This document shows positions 62,939-64,000 of a stretch of DNA of 64,000 nucleotides, piece by piece (the first letter of the stretch is position 1; each line of letters begins with the position of its first letter). The stretch is taken from the NCBI GenBank assembly GCA_963791045.1, contig CAWBQK010000001.1, positions 1 to 64,000 of the forward strand, given 5' to 3'. This DNA comes from Candidatus Latescibacterota bacterium (GTDB taxonomy: Bacteria; Krumholzibacteriota; Krumholzibacteriia; WVZY01). The position numbers and the translations under genes are program-made. The notes under the pieces were generated by a model. It made no database searches. It worked only from the letters and a program-made list of their open reading frames with translations, and was not told the origin of the DNA.

Positions 62939-64000
62939 TGAACAAACAGCTCGAAGCAATCGTGTACTGTGAAGGCGCTTTCAACACGCCCAACGGCAAG
63001 ACTGCGCACGGACTGGTGCGCTTCACCAAACGCTACCGTGTGACGGCGGTTATCGACAGCCATTATGCCGGCCAGGACGCTGGCACGGTGCTCGACGACA
63101 AACCCAATGGAATCCCGATCGCCGGCTCGATCGATGATGCGCTCGAGAACCCCAACTCCAAAAAGGCTCCGCCCACTCACATGGTAATCGGGCTTGCGCC
63201 CGACGGAGGACGATTGGGGTACGCCGCGCGCAAAGACGTCACACATGCCCTCGCACGCGGTCTGAATATTGACTCGGGACTCCACGATTTCCTCTCCGAT
63301 GACCCTGCGATCGCCGCGGTGGCGAAGGAACATGGATCAACCATTCGAGATATCCGCAAGTCCCCACCGCAATCACAACTGCATTTCTTCTCCGGCCGAA
63401 TCGAAGAGGTCAAAGCGCTCAAGGTTGCCGTTCTTGGAACCGATTCCGCCATCGGCAAGCGAACAACCGCGTGGAAAGTCGTAGAAAGTCTCATTGAAGC
63501 GGGTTGTCGCACCGAGATGATCGGCACGGGCCAAACCGCCTGGCTCCAGGGAGCGCGACATTCGATCATGCTGGACACGCTCATAAACGATTTCCTGACC
63601 GGCGAGATCGAGCACGCGGTTGTGAGTGCATGGAATGACGCCCACCCCGATGTAATCGTCATCGAAGGTCAGGGAGGCCTTTTGAACCCCGCGTATCCCG
63701 GCGGATACGAGATCATCGCCGCCGCACGCCCCGATGTAATCCTGCTCCAGCATGCGCCGGCACGAAAGGAATACGACGGCTTCCCCGACTATCCGATCCA
63801 ACCGATTTCGAGACAAATTCAGGCCGTGGAAATCATATCCGGAAAACCCGTTGTCGCGCTGACCATCAATCACGAGGGGATTACGCCTGAAACAATCCCT
63901 CTCGTTTGCGAAACAATCTCGCAGGCGACCGGCCTGCCCGCCGTTGACGTGCTCATCGACGGCGCCACGGCTGTTGCGCAGATTTTGGCCAAGCATGTGG
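62935..64000 (+). CDS. DUF1611-domain protein (DgcN-like), partial
   Basis: GKTAHGLVR, SGLHDFL, GTDSAIGKRTT, GTGQT and IEGQG motifs; overlaps the upstream stop (ATGA) and runs off the window. Confidence 0.88.
   Translation, partial: MMNKQLEAIVYCEGAFNTPNGKTAHGLVRFTKRYRVTAVIDSHYAGQDAGTVLDDKPNGIPIAGSIDDALENPNSKKAPPTHMVIGLAPDGGRLGYAARKDVTHALARGLNIDSGLHDFLSDDPAIAAVAKEHGSTIRDIRKSPPQSQLHFFSGRIEEVKALKVAVLGTDSAIGKRTTAWKVVESLIEAGCRTEMIGTGQTAWLQGARHSIMLDTLINDFLTGEIEHAVVSAWNDAHPDVIVIEGQGGLLNPAYPGGYEIIAAARPDVILLQHAPARKEYDGFPDYPIQPISRQIQAVEIISGKPVVALTINHEGITPETIPLVCETISQATGLPAVDVLIDGATAVAQILAKHV

Overview
GC-rich bacterial chromosomal window. The many secreted proteins ending in FlgD-Ig/T9SS-like domains or a 'TWGKxKxLY' tail suggest an FCB-group candidate lineage such as Krumholzibacteriota/Latescibacterota (inference only). 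Layout: 1-14 kb, secreted and surface proteins. 14-22.3 kb, an accessory island at tRNA-Thr(CGT) with nested IS remnants, a MITE, an IS3-type element, and two extra partial tRNA copies inside conserved arms, which looks like a tandem array of small integrase-free cassettes. 24.8-33.2 kb, a co-oriented signalling locus: RsbW-like kinase, STAS protein, ECF sigma factor, anti-sigma factor, a membrane-anchored protein of 17.5 exact-period 34-aa repeats, an outer-membrane metallopeptidase/beta-barrel and a PrsW-family protease. The same ECF-type promoter motif precedes the sigma gene and the repeat gene. Further right: an MtrAB-like porin-cytochrome pair, a cobalamin-riboswitch TonB-receptor operon, three tRNAs, a C25 peptidase, a tonB/exbB/exbD-TPR-mnmA housekeeping run, and MarR / ThrC-like / DUF1611 genes. 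Several genes carry clustered single-base frameshifts that look like sequencing or assembly errors. All calls come from reading motifs by eye; no database searches were run.
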